NCBI GenBank assembly: GCA_964016885.1
Contig: OZ024741.1
Span: forward strand, 13,392,001-13,456,000
Length of the DNA: 64,000 nt
Origin: Eledone cirrhosa
Taxonomy: Eukaryota
Direction: 5' to 3'
Part shown: positions 38,925 to 50,545 of the stretch, piece after piece
Layout: every line of letters begins with the position of its first letter
How positions within the stretch are numbered: the first letter of the stretch is position 1
The notes under the pieces: model-generated
Seen by the model: the letters and a program-made list of their open reading frames with translations, nothing else
Databases searched by the model: none
What the model was told of the DNA's origin: nothing
Made by a program: the position numbers and the translations under genes

Positions 38925-38927
<3 letters not shown>
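38509..38927 (+). mobile_element. Palindromic PLE pLTR insertion of a second family (147-bp arms, 33-nt spacer) in (TA)n
   Basis: 38509-38655 is the reverse complement of 38689-38835 with 2 mismatches; unique tail to about 38927. Confidence 0.85.
38722..38788 (+). ncRNA. Putative minimal type I hammerhead ribozyme (mirror on - strand at 38556-38622)
   Basis: TATTTTAT-CTGATGA-ggacgtactg...cagtacctct-GAAA-tatgta-TA-ATAAAATA; near-palindromic short stem III. Confidence 0.7.
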
Positions 38928-38961
<34 letters not shown>

Positions 38962-38967
<6 letters not shown>

Positions 38968-41021
38968 TAGGTATAGGATTATCCAAGATGTAGTAATGGT
39001 TAATTACTACACTGGATATGGTTGACGTATGGTAAGAGGTTACTCTACGAGTTATGGAAGAATTGTTCAAGAAACTTAGTTCCTGATCCTTCAGTATTCC
39101 GGAGTGTATATAAAGAATGAATAATAACAGGTAGACATCATAAAAAGGTAATCTATTCCGTGTGCTTACAAGTGTTTCCACGGTGGTACTGCAGCCTAGT
39201 TATGCTACGTGCAAATTCACAAGTACTTGCAGAACTCGAATATCCACTGCTGTGACCACTGTTTCCTCAGAGCAGAATGGTAAATGTACAATGTAAATAC
39301 CCTTAAGTGGGGTTGTTGGGGAAGATAGAGTAGAAAAGGAAGAGAGAAAAGTAGGGAAGAGGGAAAGAGAAAGAAAGATATGCAGGGGTTGGAGAAGTAG
39401 GAGAGAGTGGCTTGTAGATATCTTAATCAAAATGTTATGGTAGGGGTTTTATTATACTGGTTACTTTTGGAGAGATGCGTTGATAGTTAAGGTCGGAATT
39501 ATTTATTGCCCCAGAGGGCAGGTTCATAGATGTTGAGAGGGAGGTAGGTGAGAGAGAGAGAGTGTAATGGATGTAGAGAGAGATAGGTAGAGAGGGGACA
39601 GACAAAGTATGTGTGGTGAGTGAACTTTGGGTTTGTAGTAGTAATCTAGGAATTGCACTGAGTTACCATGTATAGTGATAAGCAGTGTATTGTCTTGTAG
39701 TGTGGGGGGAAGAGAAGGTTGTTAGCTAGAAAGTGGTGTTATAGTTACGGGTTCGAATGTTAAGTTATTTTATAGTGAGAGAATTTAGCTTTTAGTTTGT
39801 GGTTGCAGTATAATGATCGTTCAATTCTATCGTTAAGTAGTTTGTTTTTGGATTTTAATATGTAAAATAGCTCAAGGTTACATAACCTACAGTACTTCAA
39901 TCCACTCCGATATGCACTTGCGCTGGAAAGTATATCCCATTTTAAGGTGAACTGTTGGTTGTGTTCACGGAGTTGCCAGGTCTTGTTGGCGAGCGTGGTC
40001 ACAAAACGGTGATTCGGATGTTTGATTGAGAATCGATGACGGTACCAGCGAGATTTAAACGATGTGGTGGTAGATCCGATATAATACCATTTCTGGTCGT
40101 TCGATTGAACCGTGCATTGGTAAACAATGTTGGACTTTAGGCATTCATTCTTCAATGGACATCTTTCAGGTAGATGGCAGTTACATTCTTTGTTATGGGT
40201 AGCAGGTACACCATGGATAGGTTGTGATAGCGGTACAGGTGGGTTGTGCAATACCCGTCTCCCATTTAGTGGTTGGGAGGCAGATATTGCATTCTGCCCA
40301 TCTGTTACTGAAATGTTTTGTTTTGTAGAGTTGTTTAATTGCCTTAAGTTAAGTTTTTTTATGTATGCTTCAAGGTTTGGTGCCGTGGAGTATGATAGTC
40401 TAATAGTTTTAGAGTTCAGAATTTTGCTGTATTTATGGGAACTAGGGAAGTGTTTGTTGATTAACTTAAAGAATGAAAGAGATAGTTTTGTACTAATCGA
40501 GGCATTAAAAATAGGATTGTACCAGATATACTTTCTACAACGTGATTTATTTGGTGGTGATCTTCTATTATTAGTATGTCTGGTAGTACTGTGTGTGTGT
40601 GCTTGTGTTTTAGTCCCCCGGTTACGTATTCCTTGATTTCGTGTAGAGCTATGTGTGTTATGGAAATTCCTATCGATGTATTCTATTGTATCCCGGTGGT
40701 CAGCATTCCTTAATGCATTATTGTAGTATTCAGCGTGTTCACTAAAAATATCAGAGTTAGACGATAGGCGAGAGATTCTAAGAGAAATACTCCGGGGAAC
40801 TGATTTGATCATGGAGAGTGGGTGGTTAGAGTTAAAGTTAATATACGTAAGGTTCTCATTTACCTTGTGGAAGGGTCGTATCTGTGGTCACAGCATTGGA
40901 TATTCGAGTTCTGCAAGTACTTGTGAATTTGCACGTAGCATAACTAGGCTGCAGTACCACCGTGGAAACACTTGTAAGCACACGGAATAGATTACCTTTT
41001 TATGATGTCTACCTGTTATTA

Positions 41022-41027
<6 letters not shown>
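38962..41027 (-). mobile_element. Penelope-like retroelement, 5'-truncated, with inverted pLTR
   Basis: RT thumb + GIY-YIG ORF on the - strand; 40884-41027 is an inverted copy of 39114-39259; flanked by (TA)n and (CT)n(TA)n. Confidence 0.9.
39760..40881 (-). CDS. PLE polyprotein C-terminal part: RT thumb + Cys-rich linker + GIY-YIG endonuclease (possibly Naiad-like)
   Basis: RPFHKVNENLTYINFNSNHP-SMIKSVPRSISLRISRLSS; CNC..CPL...C; NIVY...YYIGST...FKSRWYRH; CRLCNLE; LLNDR..CNH; open frame, truncated at its 5' end. Confidence 0.88.
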   Translation of the reverse strand: MRPFHKVNENLTYINFNSNHPLSMIKSVPRSISLRISRLSSNSDIFSEHAEYYNNALRNADHRDTIEYIDRNFHNTHSSTRNQGIRNRGTKTQAHTHSTTRHTNNRRSPPNKSRCRKYIWYNPIFNASISTKLSLSFFKLINKHFPSSHKYSKILNSKTIRLSYSTAPNLEAYIKKLNLRQLNNSTKQNISVTDGQNAISASQPLNGRRVLHNPPVPLSQPIHGVPATHNKECNCHLPERCPLKNECLKSNIVYQCTVQSNDQKWYYIGSTTTSFKSRWYRHRFSIKHPNHRFVTTLANKTWQLREHNQQFTLKWDILSSASAYRSGLKYCRLCNLELFYILKSKNKLLNDRIERSLYCNHKLKAKFSHYKIT

Positions 41028-41073
<46 letters not shown>

Positions 41074-41075
<2 letters not shown>

Positions 41076-41420
41076 CATCATCATCATCGTTTAACATCTA
41101 TCTTCTACGCTAGCATGGGTTAGACGGTTTTGTTCCATTTGATGAGGGAATGGTCGGGCGACCATGTCTCGGTCGCACAGAAGTGATATATATATGATGA
41201 TATATATATCATCATCTTCATTTAACATCCATTTTTTCATGCTAGCATGGGTTAGACAGGTTATCTCATTAGAGGCAGGTGACCATGTCTTGTTCATATA
41301 GAACTGTTTCTGGCTTCGTTTCTATGGCTGGATGCCCTTCCTGATGACAGTCACATTTACAGTGTGTACTAGATGCTTTTTGTTGTGGCACCAAAATGAC
41401 CATTTTACAGTATGGACTTG
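41074..41420 (-). mobile_element. Two stacked RTE 3' tails
   Basis: (CAT)n + gctagcatgggttagac at about 41110 and 41240. Confidence 0.75.
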
Positions 41421-41449
41421 GAGGCACTTATCTGGTGAAGAGAAGTGTG

Positions 41450-41570
41450 TTAGAAGATGGGTAGAATGTTTGGACGTGGGAGGTGTATGGAAAGCAGAGA
41501 AGAGAAAGGTGTTGGAAGATGGGTAGAATGTTTGGATGTGTGAGGTGTATGGAAAGGAGGAATAGAAGGT
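41450..41570 (+). repeat. About 62-bp direct duplication
   Basis: gaagatgggtagaatgtttgga-gtg-gaggtgtatggaaag occurs twice. Confidence 0.75.
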
Positions 41571-41594
41571 AGGGTATACAAGATGTATGCCTCA

Positions 41595-41915
41595 ACTCTT
41601 GCATGTGGAAGGTGAGTCTTTTGTATTATTACATGACGCCAGAAATCTCGATCTTGTCAATGCCTTTGAGAGGTGCAATTATCCGAGGTCAGCTTTTACC
41701 ACCTCATCCCAAGTCTTCGTAGATCTTCCTACTCCATAGCTTCCATCAACTTTGAGTGCCCTGCACCTTTTTACACAGCTGTCATCCTTCATGTACATCA
41801 CAAGTCCATAGCAATGCAGTCTCCTCTCATCTACATTGCATCTGCTCTCTCTTAGGCCCAGTTTCTCTCTCAGTTCATTTATGCTTTGCCATTCATTACA
41901 CATCCATTGAAGCAT
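41595..41915 (-). pseudogene. Degenerate RTE ORF2 C-terminus
   Basis: QSINELREKLG...RRLHCYGLVMYMKDDSCVKRC...GRSTKTWDEVVKADL. Confidence 0.8.
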
Positions 41916-41957
41916 GTACACACACACACAAATGCACACACACACACACACACACAT

Positions 41958-42065
41958 TATCATCATCATCATCGTTTAACTCCTATTTTCCACGCTAGCA
42001 TGGGTTAGACGGATTGTCCTGTTTGAGATAAGTTAGGTGATCGTGTCTTGCTTACACAGAACTGT
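41958..42065 (-). mobile_element. Short RTE 3' tail
   Basis: (CAT)n...ttccacgctagcatgggttagacgg. Confidence 0.75.
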
Positions 42066-42989
42066 GTATGTATATATACACACACACACACACATATACT
42101 ACCTCTATCAGTACTATATATAACAGTGCCACTACTAGTGCTATATTTACACACACACACACGCACACGCACACGCACACGCACACGCACACGCACACAC
42201 GCACACACACACACTCTATCTCTCTCTACTTCACTCAGTACTATATATAACACTACCTCTGTAGTTTACACTATTCCACACCACAATAATTGCCATTATT
42301 ACACAGGGGACAATGCCAACGTTTTATTCCAACAATTTGTTTCTCAAACTTTTTTTTTGTCAGCTTCTGGTGTTCTTCAAATATTTTGCAGTACATTTTT
42401 GCTATTTTTAGAAATCTCTACATGCTAATCTTTATTGACGACAATATTTTGCTTGTGTTATTCCTCAGGACATTGTTGGAATATTACATTTGGAAACAAA
42501 TTCTACAGACTTTGTTTCAGATTCAATTGATTCCTTCCTTTTTGATTCTTATTTATTACCAAATTCTTCTGTCTCTTGCAGACACATTCTTAATTGCATC
42601 TAAATAGAGAACTGAATGTTGTTCCCAATATTACATTGCGTACATGTCTAAAATTCTACAGAAATGGATAAAGACTTCATCAAATTGCATCACCTATAGG
42701 CATAAAATTTATTTGCCAGAGATATCAACAGAAAGCTATATCTTTCTGCTGAGCTAAATTGAACGGTATCCAACCATTTTCAATAAATCAATTCCGATTC
42801 TTTTATTACCTCTAACCTGTTAAACCTCATGCCTGCATTTCACTTCATACATTAAATGAATCCTTTATATTATCTAATGAAAACAGTCAGACCTATCATC
42901 ACTATTATTATCCACACAGTAATTACTGTGTCAGATGGAATACTTTCCACTATTTCATTACAATCCTCTACATTCTCTGTTCAAATCCC

Positions 42990-43172
42990 TTTCAGGTCAA
43001 TTTTGCTTTTTCTCCTTCTGGGGTCAATAAGAAAAAGTACCAAACGCTGGGTGATGGGTTGGCAGAATTATGAGGGTGTCCAACAAAATACCCTGTGGAA
43101 TTTGTTCTGGCTATTTATATTCTTAGTTCAAATTCTGCTGAGATAAATGTGGCTTTTCATTCTACTGGGAGT
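42990..43172 (+). mobile_element. Degenerate family A-like SINE fragments
   Basis: ggtcaattttgcttt...gtcaataag..agtacc; ttggcagaatt...agttcaaattctgctgag. Confidence 0.5.
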
Positions 43173-43174
43173 CA

Positions 43175-43312
43175 TGATATCAACACAACCACTCTACAGT
43201 GTGGACTGGGTGCTTTTTGTCTTCATACCAACACAACCACTCTACAGTGCGGACTGTGCTTTTTGTTGTGATACTTACATGATCACTTTACAGTGTGGAC
43301 TGGATACTTTTT
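43175..43312 (-). repeat. Three diverged units of the 48-bp RTE-UTR repeat
   Basis: acaaccactctacagtgtggactgggtgctttttgt. Confidence 0.75.
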
Positions 43313-43539
43313 GATGTATACAAAAAGGCTGGCCTAGCCTTTTCACATTGTTCAGATGTAAACTACACATAAAGACTCGAGTATCTGAGGAGCTCTCAAT
43401 TACAGAGCCAGACTTGATTGTGATCGACCCTTCCTTGAGATGATCAATAATGAAACACATGTCATGTGTGAATAAAATATGTAAATGATATGATCTTGAT
43501 ACTACTTTGTTCTAGCCTGCTTATATATATATATATTGT

Positions 43540-43858
43540 GTGTGAGATGGTATGGACATGTGATGCGCATGGAGGATGACCGATGGGTGAAGAAGTGCCA
43601 GGAAGTCCCAGTGGAGGGAAGACGCAGTAGAGGTAGACCACGAAAAACATGGGCAGAGGTGGTGAGAGCAGACCTCAGGTCGCTGAAACTCACCGAGGAG
43701 ATGACGAAGGACCGTGACGGGTGGGGAGATGCTGTGCTGAATAGGACCCGTCCAACCCTTGCAAGCAGGGAAAAGCGGACGTAAATTGATGATGATGATA
43801 TATAGCATGCAACCCTTGCTAGTAGGGAAATGATATTAACACGATAATGATGATGATG
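43540..43858 (+). mobile_element. RTE 3' end of a subfamily with almost no 3' UTR; tail duplicated
   Basis: RWYGHVMRMEDDRWVKKC...GRPRKTWAEVVRADL...SREKRT* followed directly by (GAT)n; caacccttgc-ag-agggaaa repeated at 43810. Confidence 0.85.
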
Positions 43859-43944
43859 AATGATAGTGTGTGTATATATGTATATATACATGTGTGTGTC
43901 TGTACAGACACAAAAATATCTATCTACATATATATATATATACA

Positions 43945-44058
43945 TGCTATATATATAGCATGTATATAGTGTTTATATAACCATATATATATATAGCATG
44001 TATATAGTGTTTATATAACCATATATATATATAGCATGTATATAGTGTTTATATAACA
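43945..44058 (+). repeat. About 38-bp AT-rich repeat x3
   Basis: atatatatagcatgtatatagtgtttatataacc. Confidence 0.85.
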
Positions 44059-44064
44059 TATCAC

Positions 44065-44275
44065 CGACATCCAGAGTTGACATTGCACTCAGTGCTCCTT
44101 TGGGAGCCCCTACATGGACACACTAGAAGAGGAAGACCAAGGTTAACATATGTTGATGCCCTAAGGACAGACACTGGTCTGTTGGAGATGCAGGATATGG
44201 CAGCGATAATGAGGGACAGAGACCGCTGGAGAGAACTCGTCCATGGATCTCGGGAATTTTACCCGCCTTAGATAG
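44065..44275 (+). pseudogene. C-terminus of another RTE-like family
   Basis: VLLWEPLHGHTRRGRPRLTYVDALRTDTGL...MRDRDRWRELV. Confidence 0.75.
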
Positions 44276-44324
44276 ATAACCAAAGGGTGTACTATTTATA
44301 TAGGCAGGTTGTATGTATGTGTAT

Positions 44325-45559
44325 CATCATCATCATCATTTAACATCTATCTTCCACGCTAGCATGGGTTAGACGGTAATTGTCCCACTTGAGGCAAGAT
44401 TGGTCATCTTGCTCGTATGGGACTGTCTGGCAGGTTTTCTACGGCTGGATGGCCTTCCTAACACCAACCACGTTTACAGTGTGGACTTGGAGGTTTTTAC
44501 TGTGTTACCTACACGGCCACATTACAGCATGGACTGTGTGTTTTTTTTGTTGTGTCACCTACACAACCTCATTTATTTTTGACTGGATGTTGTGGTACCA
44601 ACATAACTTTACAGAGGAGGGGGTGGTGTTGATGGGAGTGGGGATGGTGGAGTAGGGGTAGTGGGATGGGGGTGTATATTTGGTTAAGAGGTGCCTACTG
44701 ACTGTAGGTTTCGCTTTGTACATAGGCAAGGCGGGTCTTCTGTATTACTGTGTAGCACCAAAGATCTCGGTCCAGTGACATTGTCTTAGAGAGGTGTAAG
44801 TGTGCAAGGTCAGAATTTATCAAATCGTCCTAGGTTTTCATATCAACGCAGTCTTCTCTCAAGTAAACAGCATCTGATCCCTCTTATTCCTAATTTCTCA
44901 CTTAGTTCATTTATGCTTTGCCGTTTGCGTATATTACTATTACACATACATGCATGCTTTGTTCCTCTCCAGTCTGCACAGATCCTCTGCACACAATGCC
45001 CAGGTCTCACTGCCATGTAACATAACTGTTCGTATGCAGGCATCATACAGTCTGCCTTTCATTTTTAGAGAGAAACCTTTTGTGGCCAATAGTGGTATAA
45101 GCTCTCTGAACTTTTTCCATCCCGTTCTGACTCTGGCTACTGTACTTTCAGAACACCCTCCACCACTGCTGATTTTGTCACCCAGGTAACGGAAGGTGTC
45201 CACTATTTCTATAGAACCATCTGTGCAATGGAATGGGCTAGTATTCTGTGGGCACTTGCTGCCACTTATTGCACCTGAGCACCGGCCACATATAAAAATC
45301 TATATTCTTAGTTAGCTTACCTGTGATCCCACTACATCTTTTATGCACCCATACTTTGCATTTTGGACATAAAATAGAGTTTCTGCTTACTCCTTTCCTA
45401 CACACTGAGCATGGCCATTTCCCAGATGGGACCAGTGCCCTATTTTCCTTCCTACAAACTAGAACTTTAGTCTTAGACAAGTTAACTTTAAGGCCTTTTG
45501 ATTCTAGGCTATGCTTCCATGTTCGGTATTTCTTCTCTAGTTCAGCCATCGATTCAGCT
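44325..45559 (-). mobile_element. 5'-truncated copy of the PHD-containing RTE LINE
   Basis: AELEKK...KVNLSKTK...WPCSVCRKG...CPKC..VHKRC; DTFRYLGD; same 3' UTR; possible TSD tgtgtat (44318-44324 / 45559-45565). Confidence 0.92.
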
Positions 45560-47956
45560 GTGTATAGATAGGTTGTATAGTGTGTATAGATAGGTTGTAT
45601 AGTATATATAGATAGGTTGTATAGTGTGTATAGATAGGTTGTATAGTGTGTATAGATAGGTTGTATAGTGTGTATAGATAGGTTGGATAGTGTGTATAGA
45701 TAGGTTGTATTGTGTGTATAGATAGGTTGTATAGTGTGTATAGATAGGTTGTATAGTGTGTATAGATAGGTTGTATAGAGTGTATAGATAGGTTGAATAG
45801 TGTGTAAAGATAGGTTGTATAGTGTGTATAGATAGGTTGTATAGTGTGTATAGATAGGTTGTATAGTATGTATAGATAGGTTGTATAGTGTGTATAGATA
45901 GGTTGTATAGTGTGTATAGATAGGTTATATAGTGTGTATAGATAGGTTATATAGTATGTATAGATAGGTTGTATAGTGTGTATAGATAGGTTGTATAGTA
46001 TGTATAGATAGGTTGTATAGTGTGTATAGATAGGTTGTATAGTGTGTATAGATAGGTTGTATAGTATATATAGATAGGTTGTATAGTATATATAGATAGG
46101 TTGTATAGTGTGTATAGATAGGTTGTATAGTGTGTATAGATAGGTTGTATAGTGTGTATAGATAGGTTGTATAGTGTGTATAGATAGGTTGTATAGTATG
46201 TATAGATAGGTTGTATAGTGTGTATAGATAGGTTGTATAGTGTGTATAGATAGGTTGTATAGTGTGTATAGATAGGTTGTATAGTATATATAGATAGGTT
46301 GTATAGTGTGTATAGATAGGTTGTATAGTGTGTATAGATCGGTTATATAGTGTGTATAGATAGGTTGTATAGTATGTATAGATAGGTTGTATAGTATATA
46401 TAGATAGGTTGTATAGTGTGTATAGATAGGTTGTATAGTATGTATAGATAGGTTGTATAGTATATATAGATAGGTTGTATAGTATATATAGATAGGTTGT
46501 ATAGTATATATAGATAGGTTGTATAGTATATATAGATAGGTTGTATAGTGTGTATAGATAGGTTGTATAGTGTGTATAGATAGGTTGTATAGTATATATA
46601 GATAGGTTGTATAGTGTGTATAGATAGGTTGTATAGTGTGTATAGATAGGTTGTATAGTGTGTATAGATAGGTTGGATAGTGTTTATAGATAGGTTGTAT
46701 AGTGTGTATAGATAGGTTGTATAGTGTGTATAGATAGGTTGTATAGTGTGTATAGATAGGTTGTATAGTGTGTATAGATAGGTTGTATAGTGTGTATAGA
46801 TAGGTTGTATAGTGTGTATAGATAGGTTATATAGTGTGTATAGATAGGTTGTATAGTATATATAGATAGGTTGTATAGTGTGTATAGATAGGTTGTATAG
46901 TATGTATAGATAGGTTATATAGTGTGTATAGATAGGTTGTATAGTATGTATAGATAGGTTGTATAGTGTGTATAGATAGGTTGTATAGTATATATAGATA
47001 GGTTGTATAGTGTGTATAGATAGGTTGTATAGTGTGTATAGATAGGTTGTATAGTGTGTATAGATAGGTTGTATAGTATGTATAGATAGGTTATATAGTG
47101 TGTATAGATAGGTTATATAGTGTGTATAGATAGGTTGTATAGTGTGTATAGATAGGTTGTATAGTGTGTATAGATAGGTTGTATAGTATATATAGATAGG
47201 TTGTATAGTGTGTATAGATAGGTTGTATAGTGTGTATAGAGAGGTTGTATAGTGTGTATAGATAGGTTGTATAGTGTGTATAGATAGGTTGTATAGTGTG
47301 TATAGATAGGTTGTATAGTATATATAGATAGGTTGTATAGTGTGTATAGATAGGTTGTATAGTGTGTATAGATAGGTTGTATAGTATATATAGATAGGTT
47401 GTATAGTATATATAGATAGGTTGTATAGTGTGTATAGATAGGTTGTATAGTATATATAGATAGGTTGTATAGTGTGTATAGATAGGTTGTATAGTGTGTA
47501 TAGATAGGTTGTATAGTGTGTATAGATAGGTTGTATAGTATGTATAGATAGGTTATATAGTGTGTATAGATAGGTTGTATAGTGTGTATAGATAGGTTGT
47601 ATAGTGTGTATAGATAGGTTGTATAGTGTGTATAGATAGGTTGTATAGTATGTATAGATAGGTTATATAGTGTGTATAGATAGGTTGTATAGTGTGTATA
47701 GATAGGTTGTATAGTGTGTATAGATAGGTTGTATAGTGTGCATAGATAGGTTGTATAGTATATATAGATAGGTTGTATAGTGTGTATAGATAGGTTGTAT
47801 AGTGTGTATAGATAGGTTGTATAGTATATATAGATAGGTTGTATAGTGTGTATAGATAGGTTGTATAGTGTGTATAGATAGGTTGTATAGTATATATAGA
47901 TAGGTTGTATAGTGTGTATAGATAGGTTGTATAGTGTGTATAGATAAGTTGTATAT
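45559..47956 (+). repeat. 22-bp tandem satellite (about 109 units)
   Basis: Unit tgtatagataggttgtatagtg. Confidence 0.95.
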
Positions 47957-48385
47957 AAACCCTCTGCAAGCACGTTGTTGTTCAGCCCCAGGTCAATTCT
48001 GAGTAGACATGTGATCAAAGACATTCCAGCCATGACTGTCTCATCTTTTATTCAGGTACAATACATAGTTTCATCATATAAGATGTTTGAGTGTGATATG
48101 ACCAAGATTTGACTGTTAGTTCTAGCAGACCAAGTGCTCTCTTATAGGTTTGTCAGGTATTTTCTTGTGTATGTGAACAGTAAAGTCAATCCTAGTCACC
48201 AAAGTTTATGTATCACCATCATCACCATCATAATCATCATCATACATCCATTTTTCCAATCATTCCTGGTTTAACTTTTTACCATTTACATTACTCTATA
48301 TATACTACTGTATTTTCACAGTAAAGGCTTTACCTCACATAATATCTCACATAATATCTCACATAACATTTACATTACTCTATAT

Positions 48386-49337
48386 GCACATTGAATGTGC
48401 CCAGGCGCTCACGGCCCTCTGGAAAGCGGACCCGGCAATCAGCGGAGACTCCACCTCGACATTCTATAGAGGGTTGGTACGCAGCAGGTGCGATGATGCT
48501 CTCGGAGAAGCTCTAGGCATGGAGGAAGATGAACTGGCCAGTCTGTTCGGTAGGACGTTTGGCCCTGGACCGATGGACAACTTCCAAAAGTCCCTGGCTT
48601 GGCAGTGCTACCGAGGGGCTCTACCCGTTCGAGACAAGCTCCACAGGCATGGAAGCCTGGGTAGGGATCCTTTGAATAAGATCTGTCCGAGATGCGTGCA
48701 TGACGACGAAACCGTTGCGCACGCATTCGTACACTGCCCAGGCATTGCTGACCTGTGGGGCTATGTGGAACGACTACTGTCGAGGGTGGGACCAATCCGG
48801 TTGACCACCGAGTCCATTGTCACGATCAAACCGCCTCCCCCTTTTAAAAACGAAGGAGAGGCGGTTTTTCTCTGTGTGATAGCCATGGCTAAAGAAGTTG
48901 TATGGTGGACGAGGCTGAAAGGGCTGAGGTCAGACACCTTTCTCTCCGGCCAACAACTGATCCCCTTTTTCAAATACCATTTTAAAAGAAGGATCAGAAT
49001 GGAGAGAGAGGTGCTCTACCCCAGCAAGTTTTATGAAAGGTGGGTGAAAGTAGGGAGAATGGCCAGAGTGAATGGGTCTTCTCTCTATATCAGCCTGTAG
49101 GTGAAAGAAGAGGAAAAAGAGGAGACGAGGGAAGCACCTACTCTTTGTGCTCCTGAGGAGAAGGGTTGCACATTTTTTCCGATGTGTGTGCGACCCATGT
49201 TAATGCCGCCTCCCTATTGAGGACTTCGTTTGTTGTTGTTATTTCATTGTTATATTTTTGTACTCGTTAATTATATGTAAACTTCCCCCCTTGTATCTGT
49301 CCCTACCTTTTGTGCCCTAGTGGCAAATAAAGAAACC
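48386..49337 (+). mobile_element. L1/Tx1-type LINE 3' fragment with C-terminal CCHC (zf-RVT-like) domain and 9-bp TSD
   Basis: LAWQCYRGALPVRDKL...CPRC....ETVAHAFVHC in open frame 48384-49100; TSD actctatat at 48377-48385 and 49338-49346. Confidence 0.9.
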
Positions 49338-50545
49338 ACTCTATATATACTATTGTATTTTCACAGTAAAGGCTTTACCTCACATAATATCTCACATAAC
49401 ATTTACATTACTCTATATATACTATTGTATTTTCACAGTAAAGGCTTTTATCTCACATAATATCTCACATAACATTTACATTACTCTATATATACTATTG
49501 TATTTTCACAGTAAAGGCTTTTATCTCACATAATATCTCACATAACATTTACATTACTCTATATATACTATTGTATTTTCACAGTAAAGGCTTTTATCTC
49601 ACATAATATCTCACATAACATTTACATTACTCTATATATACTATTGTATTTTCACAGTAAAGGCTTTACCTCACATAATACCTCACATAACATTTACATT
49701 ACTCTATATATACTATTATTTTCACAGTAAAGGCTTTACCTCACATAATATCTCACATATCATTTACATTACTCTATATATACTATTGTATTTTCACAGT
49801 AAAGGCTTTACCTCACATAATATCTCGCATAACATTTACATTACTCTATATATACTATTGTATTTTCACAGTAAAGGCTTTACCTCACATAATATCTCAC
49901 ATAACATTTACATTACTCTATATATACTATTGTATTTTCACAGTAAAGGCTTTTATCTCACATAATATCTCACATAACATTTTCATTACTCTATATATAC
50001 TATTGTATTTTCACAGTAAAGGCTTTTATCTCACATAATATCTCACATACCATTTACATTACTCTATATATACTATTGTATTTTCACAGTAAAGGCTTTA
50101 CCTCACATAATATCTCACATAACATTTACATTACTCTATATATACTATTGTATTTTCACAGTAAAGGCTTTACCTCACATAATATCTCACATAACATTTT
50201 CATTACTCTATATATACTATTGTATTTTCACAGTAAAGGCTTTTATCTCACATAATATCTCACATAACATTTACATTACTCTATATATACTATTGTATTT
50301 TCACAGTAAAGGCTTTACCTCACATAATATCTCGCATAACATTTACATTACTCTATATATACTATTGTATTTTCACAGTAAAGGCTTTTATTTCACATAA
50401 TATCTCACATAACATTTACATTACTCTATATATACTATTGTATTTTCATAGTAAAGTCTTTACCTCACATAATATCTCACATAACATTTACATTACTCTA
50501 TATATACTATTGTATTTTCATAGTAAAGTCTTTGCGTCACATAAT
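49338..50545 (+). repeat. 72/73-bp tandem array (about 17 units)
   Basis: ctctatatatactattgtattttcacagtaaaggctttacctcacataatatctcacataacatttacatta. Confidence 0.95.

Noticed and set aside
39060-39275. Canonical hammerhead or SECIS in the coding PLE's pLTR
   Set aside because: Only partial cores found; stems I-III could not all be closed by eye, and no AUGA-N11/12-AA SECIS geometry was seen
42290-42980. Possible host exon or decayed LINE in a unique AT-rich stretch
   Set aside because: No recognisable protein motif in any listed frame; cannot be supported without a search
48384-49100. Stand-alone 238-aa zinc-finger host gene
   Set aside because: The ATG is created by the insertion junction; TSD, 3' UTR and paralogous fragments at 28.4-29.2 kb show it is a truncated LINE ORF2
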